Shown piece after piece: positions 37,006 to 49,109 of a stretch of DNA of 64,000 bases (within the stretch, counting starts at the first letter, position 1; each line of letters starts with the position of its first letter). Position numbers and translations under genes: made by a program. Under the pieces are notes generated by a model. That model had not been told where the DNA came from. It ran no database searches and saw only the letters and a list, made by a program, of their open reading frames with translations. This DNA comes from Psammoneis japonica (lineage: Eukaryota): positions 310,001 to 374,000 of the forward strand of contig QPGO01000024.1 of NCBI GenBank assembly GCA_008632985.1, written 5' to 3'.

Positions 37006-38244
37006 GACGCCACGATCACCTATGACGTCACACCTTTTTCACTAGAATTGCGGAGAGTTTATAATATTTAATCCTTGTGCTTATTGACACTAAGATGAGT
37101 GCTTTTCGCGTGATGATGTCAGGCAGATGAAATAAGAACGAAACACCCTCACCATGACGCGGTCGCTCGTTCACAACGTCGGACTATCCAACGAAGGTAA
37201 GCTTTTCGTCATAGCCAAACTTGAATGCGATTGTTTTGATGACAATGTAGGATTTGCTGTTCAATTGCATCTTGGATGACTTTTGCATTGCACAGAATGT
37301 CGGTTGTTCCGACTCGACTTTTCACACTTTTCGAGTCTAATTCGAATGTGCAAGTGCATGTGTTTGCTGATTTGGCATCTCTTTTTAACTGTGAACAAAC
37401 TTTCCAACAATGTGCAATGACAATGCTGCGATGTGGTGAACTCAGCAGCGACGCAACAAACGAAGACGACGGCGCAGAGGACAGTTGGGTTTTGCGACAA
37501 ATGTCAAATGTCTCGCAAAGCTTCATTGATGGTGTCTGTGATGAGATCAATGTCATTGGGATGATGGATTCTTTTCCACCCATTGCAACACAGCAGCCAA
37601 ACCAAACGAAAACTTGGGAGCTGCAAGTCGTCGTGGCGGCAGAGCCATCACAGTCGCCTTCGAGGCGACACGAAACTGAGGCGTCATGGAAGCAGATGTT
37701 GCAGTGCTCATCATGCTCGCTGCTGTGCTCACCAGTTCATTGGGTGCTCCAATGGCATTTTTGTGTTTGGTTGGAGTCCGCTGTCTGCTTGTGGTTGTTG
37801 AAGAAGTGCAGCTCAGATCCACCTCCGCCGTCATGCGGGTTGATGCATTTTGGAACATTCTTCGTCACAAAGCAAGTGTTGTGCCCGTCATCTCTTGCAG
37901 TTGTAAACGGAAGATTCACCAATGAGCCAAGCCAAATCGTGGAAGATGCTGGCCACTGCGCTTGATTGCTGCACCCAGCACATGCTGTGCAGAACATGTC
38001 AATGAAACAAGTTTGTCACTGGAGAAGAGTGTGGGAAACACAAGGGCTCCCGCTCTCTCTTTTCCTGTTCCTAAAACGTTGATGAATCAAGATGCACTGG
38101 TTCCACCCTGTTCTCTGGCATTGCCATCCTCCGCCACCACACAACTGCAGTGCCTGTTGGTGCAAACTGCACCAATGTTTCCCTTCCCCTTGGTGAGTGA
38201 GTCTTGAATGCTTGACGAAACCAACCTGGATGGCGTCTTTGAGC

Positions 38245-39684
38245 TCAAACCAAAACTCGTCCGATGCTGTTGCTCCAGTGCTTGCCCCCCCCACACATTG
38301 CCAACTCCTTTTGCTCCTCACACTTGGTTGGGGTGACGCAGCTGTCCTCGAGTGCAAGAGGCAAGAGATCCTTGGCAATCTTGATGAGATCATCCTTGCG
38401 CACAATCTGGAGACAAACAATGTCCTTGCCACCCTCAATTTTTGAACATTGCTTGAATTGACAATTCTTTGGAATGGCAACGCCGCAAAGCTCATGGATG
38501 GCATCCAAAATGAACTGCTTGATGGAGTTGCATCTGTGAGCTGATGGGACAATGAATTCAATGCATTGATGCTTGAAACTAATTGAACCATCAAAGGATG
38601 GAAACGAGAGGATGAAATGGTGACGACAGAGATCAAAGTTGCTGCTGCAGCACCAAATCATGCACTCAAATGTGGCGCGGCAAAAGTCTCCTGTGTCATG
38701 GCTTGAACCCAAGCCAAATTCAAGGCACTTGTCAATGCATGGCGCCGCAATGCCCATCGAAGAACAAGCACAAACCATTCCGTTCATCAAAGCTTCAAGA
38801 CGCAGAAGAGTGGTCGGATCGTCCAATGGGTCTCGCATGATGCAAGAAAGTTGTTCTTCATCTCTGTGTCGGAGACATGTTCTTCAATGAGAGCAATGAT
38901 GTGCCAATGCTGACATTGTCGGGTTTCCTTCTTGATGTCATGCGCTCACTCCATGCATCCAAACGGAGCTCTTCTTGAATGGCATCATCATTTGTCGGAA
39001 TCTGCGACCTGATCAGCTGCCAGCTGCACTTCCTCGTTGATGCAGAGTCCCATTTGAGAGAAATCCAATGCAAGACAACTCCTTCATGTCAAATCCACGA
39101 GGTGCGGCAACCTTGTGCACATGGTTCCTTAATTCGCAAGCATCGTTGACTGCAGCAATGCGCAAACTGGTGGATTGGCCAGTCATTCCCAGCTGGAACA
39201 GGCCTTGCACAGGCTCCATGGACACATCCGTGCATGTTGCTGCCATGAACTTGGGGTTTTTGCCAAAGAACTCATGGCAATCAAACTCGGGCATGCCAAG
39301 CTTGACGGCTCTGTGGCATCGCTGCGCTGGAGGAGAGTCGCGTGCTGCCTCAAGCTTGCCCGCCCAACCGCCTTCCTTGGTCTTGGCTCTCTTTTTTCTC
39401 ATCTTTTTAGATTGAGTTTGAGAGTGCTTCCTACACAGGCAAGAAGCAAGAAAGCTGCAGAGTGAGTCATGCCATGCTTGTCTCATCAAACAATTGTGCA
39501 GCAGCGACAGCGGGTGCACACCTCTTTTGTTCAGCCTTTCCTTTTTCCCATTTGCATTCATTCCATTGTGAATTTCCTTGTGTGCATTGTGCAAGCCAAG
39601 CATGAATTCGCGATGCGCTTCATCTTCAAACACGTTGGCATTGATCAAGAAACAGCACTCATTGAAGCAATCATTGCACATCAT
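38245..39684 (-). pseudogene. Hypermutated gene relic of unknown function (weak GIY-YIG-like motif)
   Basis: ORFs 39013..39684 and 38245..38838 are protein-like and Tyr-free; motif GLFQLGMTGQSTSLR. Confidence 0.5.
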
Positions 39685-40645
39685 GCCTGCCTTGCAGGTT
39701 CACGCGTCACACGGCGTTGCAGCTCGGAAGGCATTTTTGCATTTCATGCAGTGGCAAGAGGGGGCCATGATGTTTGTTGGATGAATGAAAGAATGACAAT
39801 GACAGCGCATTGTGGGTCTCTCGCGAGCAAGGAAAAGCAAGCTCACGAGTGAAGGTCCCAAAGATGCCGCGCCATCGGCTCTGAATGGACTTTGCACGCA
39901 GTTCTCTGCAGAACTGAACGCGATGTAGAACTGAACATGTGAACAATGCTGCAGTCTTGAAGCAGGAATTGAGTCTTTTGAAGATGGCGGGAAAGTCAAA
40001 TTTGAATGATCCATTTAATCAGAAGTCTGCAGAAAAGACATTTCGGTGGTCTCCATCTGCTGTGTTTTGATCGATCATGCTCGTGGGAGTCAATCACTTG
40101 AGACATTCAAGATTGGACATCAGGATTGAGACAGAAGGAGTTGACAATGAACGTTTTGTGACCAAAGTGTGATTGACTCCTTGTGCGGGCTGCACAAAAA
40201 AGATTGCACCTTTCATGACATGCAACACAAAAACATGCCGCAGACATCCCTGTGATGGGGCCGCGCGAACGCGCACTCTGCAAGGTTTTAAAAAGGGCCA
40301 TGATTGGGTGGGCGTGCTGTCATCTTTTTGGATGATGGCCGCACCCAACACTGATCAAAAGTTGGAACAATGGACATTAATTTTCAATCACCTTTCAAGT
40401 TTCGCGCAGACTTGGGCAGCCACAGAAGGAGGAAAGGTGGTGCTGGGTGGGTGGGCACACGATTGATGGAAAAAGGTGATGGGTTGATGTGGGCAAGGAG
40501 GGGGGCAGCAGAGCAAAAAGGTGACAGGCTTGTTGCTGTGGTGCGGCAAATGTTGAGTGTTGGCACTCTGGTTGGCTGTTGACAAAATCAGAAAGAAGGG
40601 CCCAACAGGCAAGTGCCAGCTGCAGCACCATCATGCCTCCTGGAG

Positions 40646-41723
40646 ATCTAGAACATTTGGCACAACCTGAGTTGTGGCATGCAGGTTGAAGTCAAGGAGG
40701 GGGGGAGGGGGGCAAGAGAGCAGATGAGACAACAAAAAACTCAGGCGGGCGCAAGCCGCAGTGCCTTGGCACGGCAGGCAGCCCGCGTGAATTTTTTGCC
40801 GGAGTTGGGTCGTCGCGACGAAGTCGCCAACTCAGAGCTCCAGCGTCAAAGCTTCCACACAGTTGGAGGCTCGCTGCCCATCGGTTCATTGGGGGGAGTC
40901 TGCACAGGACATCTCTCATGTTCCTCGGTCAAGAGCATGTGACGACAAGGTGTTGGCAACCGGTGTGTCCTGCCAGAGTGTCTTCACAGGCCCAGCGCAT
41001 TTCAGCACGTGCCAGTCCACGTGGGCGATTTTCCTGGTGGAAGAAGAGAGCAGTGTCAGGGTCAGCGGCATCGGAGCGAGGAGGTGTCGGTCGGTCAAGT
41101 TTTTGGGCGGCGTCATTGAAGAGCCCTTGCAAAAAATCTCGGTCGTGGCCTCGGGCGACCAGCAGGTTGTAGAACTGTTTGACAATGGCCTTGTGGTCAC
41201 TGAGATTTGTGTTTTGAATCCAGTGTTGACAAAGGTTGCCACATGTGACACTTTTCAGGACTCCTGGTGGGTGAGCTGAGGTGGGTGGGATGTGCAGGCA
41301 AAGGTTCCTGTCTTTCTGGCATGTCACAGTTTCCATGCGTCTGGCCACTTCGATTTGCACACGAAGTTCCAGGAAGACGACTTCATTGCTTGAGGGTGAT
41401 GCAATCCATCTCAATGAGCTGAAATCATTGAGCTCTCTCTGGAAGTTTTCCCATGCTGCGCCATCTCCTCCGAGCCATGTTCCCAGGATGTCATCTGTGA
41501 ACCGTCCACAGTGCGGGAGGTGGAAGGTGCATCTTGTGAGGATGGCATGTCATTCATGGAGGGCCGTGCACATGGCGGCACACATGCAGGTGGTGCTTGC
41601 ACCCATGGCTGTGCCATCAAGTTGCAGCCAACAGGTGTTGTCAAATCTGGAACATTTGGCACAACCTGAGTTGTGGCACGCAGGTTGAAGTCAAGGAGGG
41701 GGGCAAGAGAGCAGATGAGACAA
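40646..41723 (-). mobile_element. 5'-truncated Penelope-like retroelement (RT core and thumb, no endonuclease seen), flanked by about 80-bp direct repeats; hypermutated
   Basis: CWLQLDGTAMG…GRFTDDILG…VVFLEL…TCQKDRNLCLHIPPTSAHPPGVLKS…PRNMRD matches PLE RT (Y.Q..GTAMG, R(Y/F)IDD, TYQK..NLYLYIP..SAHP). Repeats at 40646-40732 and 41645-41723. Confidence 0.88.
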
Positions 41724-44404
41724 GAAATGGTGCACTGGCACACAGAAGACACAGCAGGAGCAAGGCACCTGCTGCAGCAAACACAGGTTTTGCTGTTGGA
41801 AAAACAAAAGATTTGCATTCTCAGACAGCTCCATGGTTGGCATGAATTGCAAGTTTTGTGGAAGGAAGTTCAAGTGCCAGGCAAGTTGCACTGTGTCAAA
41901 AGGCAAAGTCAAGTCACAAAGACTCTTGTGTTGAAAGCAATGTGAAATGAAAAGCAAAAAGGGGGTTGCCTTGCTGGGGTGGAAGAGAAGTCCCGGCTCG
42001 GTCCACTCGCTGGGACGAGCTGGTTGTTTGTTTTGCAATGGGCTCAATTTTGATGACATCCAAGCAGTTGAGAGCAAACTCCGGGTGCAGCTTTGACATG
42101 AAATGACCAGTTTCTCAAGGATTTTCCTTGACCCAGTTTGTGCTGTGGTGCGAGGGCTGCATGGACAGCAGCTGCAGCTTGGGGGGCAGTGCCAGGTGGC
42201 AACCCAGACACACCAGCTTGCTCTTCGAAAAAGCTGCAGTCACAACCCAACAAAGCCAGACAGCAGTTGTCAGAAGCAGATCTCTTGCTTGAAGTGAAGC
42301 TGCTGCTGAGTTGTTTTTGCACATGAAGAAGAACAACAAGAAAGCTCATTTTGAGCTGTCAGCGGGGCTGGGTTTGCAAGTGAGAGCAGGGGTTGTGCTG
42401 CAAACTGGGGTGAGCAAAGTTGCCGGGGTCAAAGTGGGGTCATGTGCATGATCTTGAAAAAAGGGAACAGGAGCGCTGGATCAAAAGAAGAGAAAAAAGG
42501 CACTGCAAAGGCAAGGGCACCCTGCCGAGGTTGCAAAAAGCGCACCAATTGGCTTTGCTCCCCAGATGCACCCAGCTGCACCCCTGCAAAAGAGTTTTGT
42601 TGTTGCTGCATTTCTGTCTTGTGCTTGTCATCAAAGTTTTGCATGCACTGGACAAGCTGATGATTTGAACAAGGTGCTGAAGCAACACACAAGCATGGAG
42701 CGTGCATGCATGGAAGTGGGCCACATTTTGTGAAGGAGTTTCTGGCAATGCAGAGCAGCAGAGAACCTGCTGTTCAATTTAAAACCACACATGGATGAAT
42801 CATGGTGAGGCACTGAAAAGCATGACAGAACAAACCGGTGAGGGAGAACAAACTGCAAAGCATGGCCATGGTGTGCAAGCACAAAACTCTTTTTCTGTGT
42901 GCTGCAATTTTGGTGCACTGGCCGGAAGACTGCTTCAATTTTGACATCTCAGGCTTTGCTTCTGACAAAGTGATGAGGATCCCAATGCTTGTGCCATTGG
43001 CTGCAGACATCCTGTCACCTGTCATTGTTTTGTCTCTCACTGGTGTGAACACAGTGGCAGGGACTGTGTTGATCACGATCACAACACATGCACAGGCAGA
43101 AGGTGGGGGGCTGTGTCAGTTTTAAGAGGCTTGAGTGATCATTTTTGGGGGCTCAAACAATGTTTTGTCAGCGGGCATTGCATTCAAGTGTTTTGGCCAA
43201 TCAGAAAACTCTTCCTGAGACTTGCGACATTTTCATCAAGGAAAAGAACAAATGAAATGCTCTTTCTTTTGTCGCAACGACAAACTTCAATTGGCCATGT
43301 CGAAACAAAGGCAATTTGTTGACGTCACTTGCGTCATGACAGGAGGCGATCATTTGGGTTCTGCGAGTGGGCCACAATCATCACAATGCTGTTGCGCAGC
43401 CCTTCAAAAACACGATTGGCGAGCTTGGCGTCACTCAATCACACTTCCATGTTCACGAACAATTTTTAGAACTCCTCACATGCGCTCTCATCAAAGAATG
43501 CTTTTTCAGGCGATGATGTCATTCGTGCTGTTTTTTTGACAACTTCAATGCCTTCCATCTTGAAAACGAGTCAGAATCCCCCCACTTTTCTTGTTTCCAA
43601 AGCACCTCTTTTGCTCAGCTGCGTGACATGAGCAAATGACAACAAAATCTGCAGAGCCATTTTGGAGATATTTCTGCTTTCATGCAATCGTGTGGTGTGT
43701 CACGAGCTCTTTTTCTGAATTTTGGTCTCAACTTCATGATTGGTGTTCCATGCATCGCAACATGGACAGAACCCTGAAACCATCGTTTCCTCATCCATCT
43801 TCATGTGTTGCACTTGGTCCACAAAAGTCAGACCCATCCATCCGGTTTGAAAAATCACGCTCCGTTTGCTCCTCCTTTCGCCGACCAAGGAGGTCCCATT
43901 TTTTCAAAATTCCAAAAAACAACTCAAACTTCAAGGCCCTGATTGGTGCACAACACCTGGTTGACACGCACCTTTCATGTGACTGCAAGACACCTCTCCG
44001 GGTCCCTCTCCGCGAGGCCAACCACTCAGCCGGCCGAACCATGAGAGCGCAGCCGGTCCATCGAGTGCAACATGGAGTGGCAAAGGCTTTCACCATGTCA
44101 CACCTGCAGTCTACTGTAGCTACCTCTACTAGCTAGTAGAGAGTAGGGTCAGGATAGAAGTGGACACCAACTAGTCTAATGAGAACCGGGGGGCGGGGGG
44201 GTCGTGAACTTCGATGATTTCAGTGATGACCGAAGTGCGCGCGCGCGGTTCATGCCACATTTCACCGTCCGTCCTTCCGTCATGATTTCCCGCCATTTTC
44301 ATTTCTTTTTTTTGTTTTTTCGTGGTTGTTTGAGGCAACATACCTGCGGCATCTGCATTTCTCAATTCAACAACAACAGGCAATCTGAGGCCAGTCTGCT
44401 GACA

Positions 44405-45782
44405 ATGATGAATGCGTGTCGTCGTGCCCTTATCGTCGCCGCTGTCTTAATGTCGGTGGGAGTAGAATCCTTCTCTCCCGGAAGAACAAGGCTGCATTCT
44501 TATTCTCACGAGCAATCACGCAGATTCTGCAGGTCACTTCTGCCGCCGCACGACTCGTTGTTTTCCGAATCATTTTCGGATGCCAGGCAAACACGCAATC
44601 TTTGCGACAAGAAGCCCTTTGGACTAAGTGTGTCCAGGCTTGGAAGCCTTTCTCGTCCTCATGTTTTCTCCACGGCCTTAAAACGGAGGTTTACGTTGTT
44701 CCGGAAACTGGTGGTATCAACACTGGTCGCCATATGGATATCATCAGTGCTGTGGTGCAGCAGTGCGAATGCCGGTGAAACTGGTGGGCGTTTGGGTGGG
44801 TCTTTCGGTCCATGCCATTCTTCGAAACCCTCTACTCCATCTATGTCATATCGTCACACTCCATCTACCATGCCATACCGTCGAAGTCGTTACTATCGTT
44901 CGTCTTGTCGCCCTCGAAGTCATTCGGTAGTCTATCGCACATCACCGACTGTTGTCTATCGACCAAACTCTCAAGCAGTATTCGCAGCACCTGTCTACTT
45001 CACAGCTGTAGCAGGGGCAGTAGTCTATGCAATCGTAAAAGAGCAAGTAAGCGGTGGTTCGAACAACAGACGTCGAGGGGCGTTGGGCGCTGGAGTCTCT
45101 GTTGCATCGTTGACAGTCGCGATAGATGTGCCCGATCGTGACGCAAAAGATTCTCTCCTGGTGAAACTGAAGCAACTATCGAATGCGGCAAAGACGGGAA
45201 CACGAAGGGGCGTGCAGGATCTAATTACCAATGGTGAGACTTGGCTTAGAGTTATTTCTGCAAGATTTGCATTCATAATGACATGATCTCAATGATTCCC
45301 GCGTCGCTTGACATTTTGTTGAATGCACCGCAGTTACTCTTGAATTGCTCCGACGCGAAAAGTCCATCGTTTCTGCGGCTTCTAGCTCGGACCACTATTA
45401 CTCTTCTCGTGAAGCGCAGATGGAATTTAATCGATTGAGTGTTTATCAACGAAGCAAAGTTGAAAAGGAAACCATCAACAAGTTTGGCGGGGCGGATATG
45501 GGCTCGACGGATGAAGCAGTCACAGACAATTATGATGTTGGCATGCCCAGTGCAACGACAGCTGTCGTAACGATAACAGTGTCAATTGATGGAAGCCAGA
45601 CAAAACTCCCAAGGATTACATCACGAGCCGATTTGATCAAAGCCTTGTCCATACTGGCGTCCCATGTGCCGGTGGAGGATTGTCTTCAGTCTGCAGAAGT
45701 GCTATGGGCCCCAGAAGCGCGCTCGGAGACTTTGTCCAAAGAGGATCTGATTGCAGATTATCCCGAACTGTATCCAATTTGA
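44405..45782 (+). CDS. FLAP1: DUF1517 / FLAP1-like plastid protein; intron 45234-45333
   Basis: Signal peptide followed by VES-F; GGRLGGSF, LELLRR, FNRLS...RSK.EKET, EVLWAP…DYPEL motifs; intron joins in frame. Confidence 0.88.
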
Positions 45783-46049
45783 TGCGTCGAATCACTGGAT
45801 AGTTGCTTTGACCGGCTTTCGATACGAGGTGGACCTTACGGACTATCCCTCCGTTCGATTTCGTCATTCGTTGAGGATCAGTCCAACAACACGGTAGAAT
45901 CGTTTGATGATCTAAGGGAACAAATGAAGAAAGAACCGGTGGTCACTCTCTCTGCCTAGAGTAAACGCTTTTGTAATTACCTGTCAGTTTCCGCAATGCG
46001 TCAGTGTTTATTATTTCGAATGGTTTTGATTACAGTAATAGCAAGTGGG

Positions 46050-47190
46050 GAACGCACACCTCTGTGCAATGCTTGATCCTGTTTGCATCGTGCCGCGGCA
46101 CCAGCCGAAGAATCACTGACTGCAACAAGGCTGCAACGCCATTGTTTGTTTGTTTTGCCTCATGCACACAGCTCGGCTGGTGCTTTGTCCATCATTCTTG
46201 GTCCAACGTTGTGCAACATTTTGAAATCCTGCAAAGCAACAAAAGACATGAAAGAATGTAAAGACCCCTGTCTGTTTTACTTCAGTTGAGCTCAAACTTT
46301 TCAAGTCTCCACCCTGGCACTCCTGTGCACCTGACTGTGCCAGCAGTCCACAAGCTCTTCCCTCTCAACTCCCTCTCAAGTCTCCCAGCAGACAGAGAAA
46401 ACCATCACCTCAAAGACCTCTCTGGTTGCCTTCTCTCTGGTTTCCAAACTGTGAGGTGACAAGGTCAAACCCGCCACTCAGAATCTCAAGAAAAGCTTTT
46501 TGCAGGTCTTGCTGCTGCAGGTGCCCTTGGCAACAGTGATGGCTCCTTCTGAAAAAGTGGCCAGGATTGGGAAAGAAGCCAGCAGTTAGAAAAAAGACAT
46601 TGTTTGGAGCAAGCAGGAAATGCAAGATTTCTGGAGTTGAAGTTGTTGAAGAGAAGATGCTTTGGCTGCTGATGTGGTGGATTGGATGGCACTTTGGAAA
46701 TGATTCTGAGCATTTGTCACCGATCTCACTGACCTTTTTTCACCTCGCTCTTTGGAGTGGATCATCTGGTTTGTGTGAAATGCATTGTGGCATCAGTGGG
46801 CACCTGTTGTGTCGCGGGATTCAAGTTCACACTGAGGGCTTCAAGGCAAACCACAGCCACCATGGCAACCAGGACAAGTGCAATGAGTGATGCAGGAAAC
46901 CATCAAGGATTCTCTTTTGGCGGCAATGATGCTGCTGCCGGCTGCTGTCAGTTCAACAACAGCTTGTTTCTGCACCACTTGCTTTGCTCTGTTTTTGCTC
47001 TGATTGTCAGATGACCACTTGTTTGTGAGCCACGCTCATGGTCTTTGTTGGCAAAAACAAAAAATGGGTTTCACGTCCAAGTTCCAGGACAGCTCATTGT
47101 GTTTTGCATCATCTCTTCTCTTTCTTTGTCAGCAACGCAGAAGCAAAATCCAAACAAAACAGAGAGCAGGTTGCCTTTGCATCAAAAAGA
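46050..47190. other. TpA- and CpG-depleted hypermutated domain D6
   Basis: TA nearly absent between the FLAP1 3' region and tRNA-Lys. Confidence 0.75.
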
Positions 47191-47193
47191 CAA

Positions 47194-47266
47194 CACCGAA
47201 CGTGGGGATCGAACCCACGACCACACGATTAAGAGTCGTGCGCTCTACCGACTGAGCTAGTTCGGC
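47194..47266 (-). tRNA. trnK-CUU: tRNA-Lys(CTT)
   Basis: GCCGAAC TA GCTC AGTCGGTA GAGC G CACGA CTCTTAA TCGTG TGGTC GTGGG TTCGATC CCCAC GTTCGGT G; T5 terminator downstream. Confidence 0.97.
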
Positions 47267-49109
47267 CGGGGATTACACATTACCCTGCAAATCTTTCAGT
47301 ATTAGTTAATGCAATGCAGTGCGCGCCGCGGAGCTCCTGGCGACATTATTAGTCTAGCAGAAACAGTACGTGCACTCCTGCTTAATATGTTTTAGTGTGT
47401 ATCTGCATGAAACAGAGAATATTTTTGTCTGTGTATCATTATTGTCCCTGCTTTAGGTGTGTATCAGTGACGGCTCTCGCTGCCCAATCGATAGCTGTCG
47501 TCTGTCTTTGTACGTCATAACGTCTGTTCGTCGTTCTCTGTTCTGTCTCGCGCGAAAACCTGCGCAGGCAATCAGCGCAGCACCGGCGCTCGGCCTCAGC
47601 GCTCTCAGATCCTGCACCCTGCACCGATTTTGGGGGGGTTAGTGACTCCAAGAGAGGGGGGGAGGGGAGAGGAGAAAGAAGGAGGAAGAGGAGAGAAAGG
47701 AAGGAGAGAGGAGGGGTTGCGAGGGCAGCGAGCTTGGTCCAAATTGCGGAAGTGGTTTGAAGAGCGATCCTCACTTCTTTCTCCCTTTTCACCACCCGAT
47801 GTGTCAGATCTCCGGGTGCTCGCATGTTGAAGTAATTTGGCGTGGTGACACCGATGAGACATTGCAGTGTTGAAGCATCTCTGCAGCATGAATTTTACGC
47901 AGAAATCTGCGCAATTCAGTGGTTTCCCTCCGACACCAAACAAAAAATCAACCATGACAGCTGCAAGAGCCGGCAGTTGAAATTGTCGCCGTCACTTGTG
48001 ACACTGCCGTGACAACAAAGCATGCATTAAAACTCTCTCTGACAAACGAATGCACGAAAAGAGAGGTGTGAAAAAAGTGAAAAATGGACAAGAAATGCGT
48101 TGGTGCTTGGCACTTTTGCCATTTTTAGAACTCGTCTCTCACTCTTGCGTTGCAATTTCTGTTGTTCTTGACAGATTGAAGAGCCCTCCTTTGAGCACTG
48201 AGCATTGATGGCGTCTCGCACGCTTTCGTTGTGGTTCCAGACGACTCTTCTCCAGTCGTCAATGAGGGTTTGCTAGCCATCGGGGTGGCGTTTCAGGATT
48301 TTTGCAGCATCGCTGCTTGCGGCGCTGCCTCAGGTGCCATTGACACGCTACTTGAAGAGATTGATGGCCGCATTGATTGTGGGTGCGGTTTGTGTCGTTT
48401 TTTTACCTGCAATCTACCACTTTGGCTGGAAAAGTCCGCGCACAAGCGGCAGACGAGGTTGCCCTCGTCTTTAAATGACACGGGCCACTGCCGAGGTTGC
48501 TGACTGCAGCAGCGCCTCGGCAATTTTTTTCTGCAATGATGTTCATGTGGCCCCACCTCTGAATGTTGAGACGGCCGACGAGACCAAGGGGTTGCTCCCC
48601 GGCAATGCGTTGACTGGCGCTTCCAAGGACGGGAGTGCCTTCAACCGCCGCAGACCCGAATCTCCGTTGCGACAGGGTTCACCTGCCCTCAAAGGTGGTT
48701 TGGATTGTTGAAGTTTTGCAGCTGGGTGGCACAGGGAGCAGGTGGCACTGGATCAGCTGTGCAGGAGCATGGGAGTCTACGGTGTTGGAGCAGCTGGTCA
48801 TGGTTCTGTTGCATTGCAAACGTCACTTTTGTCCTGAGCTCATCTCTGTGGCATTGTTTCTGACTTCAGTCATTGACAGCATGTTCCACAGGGCACGCAA
48901 GAACGATGGCTGCTTCAGCTCTTACGACAACTGCTGCAACTCTTGTGACCACTGCTTCGGTTTTGTCCATGGCTCGGTCGCAGCATTCTTTCTGGAGGTC
49001 CTTGAAATGGTCGGCTCGCATTTGGCGCAGCATGTGCGAGAACTTGTCCCCGCCTGCGTGCGTGACAACAATGGACTCAAGGAGTCTTGTAGTTTCCTTG
49101 GCAAGATGC

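Larger units (their letters stand above)
37210..44105. other. TpA-depleted hypermutated domain D5
   Basis: TA nearly absent from just upstream of tRNA-Gln to the CTAG-rich patch at 44110. Confidence 0.85.

Noticed and set aside
43500..44105. Possible terminal inverted repeat of a DNA transposon at the D5 right edge
   Set aside because: I could not find a matching inverted partner or TSD in the window.
47650..47720. Purine-rich GA tract
   Set aside because: Low-complexity sequence with no further supporting structure.
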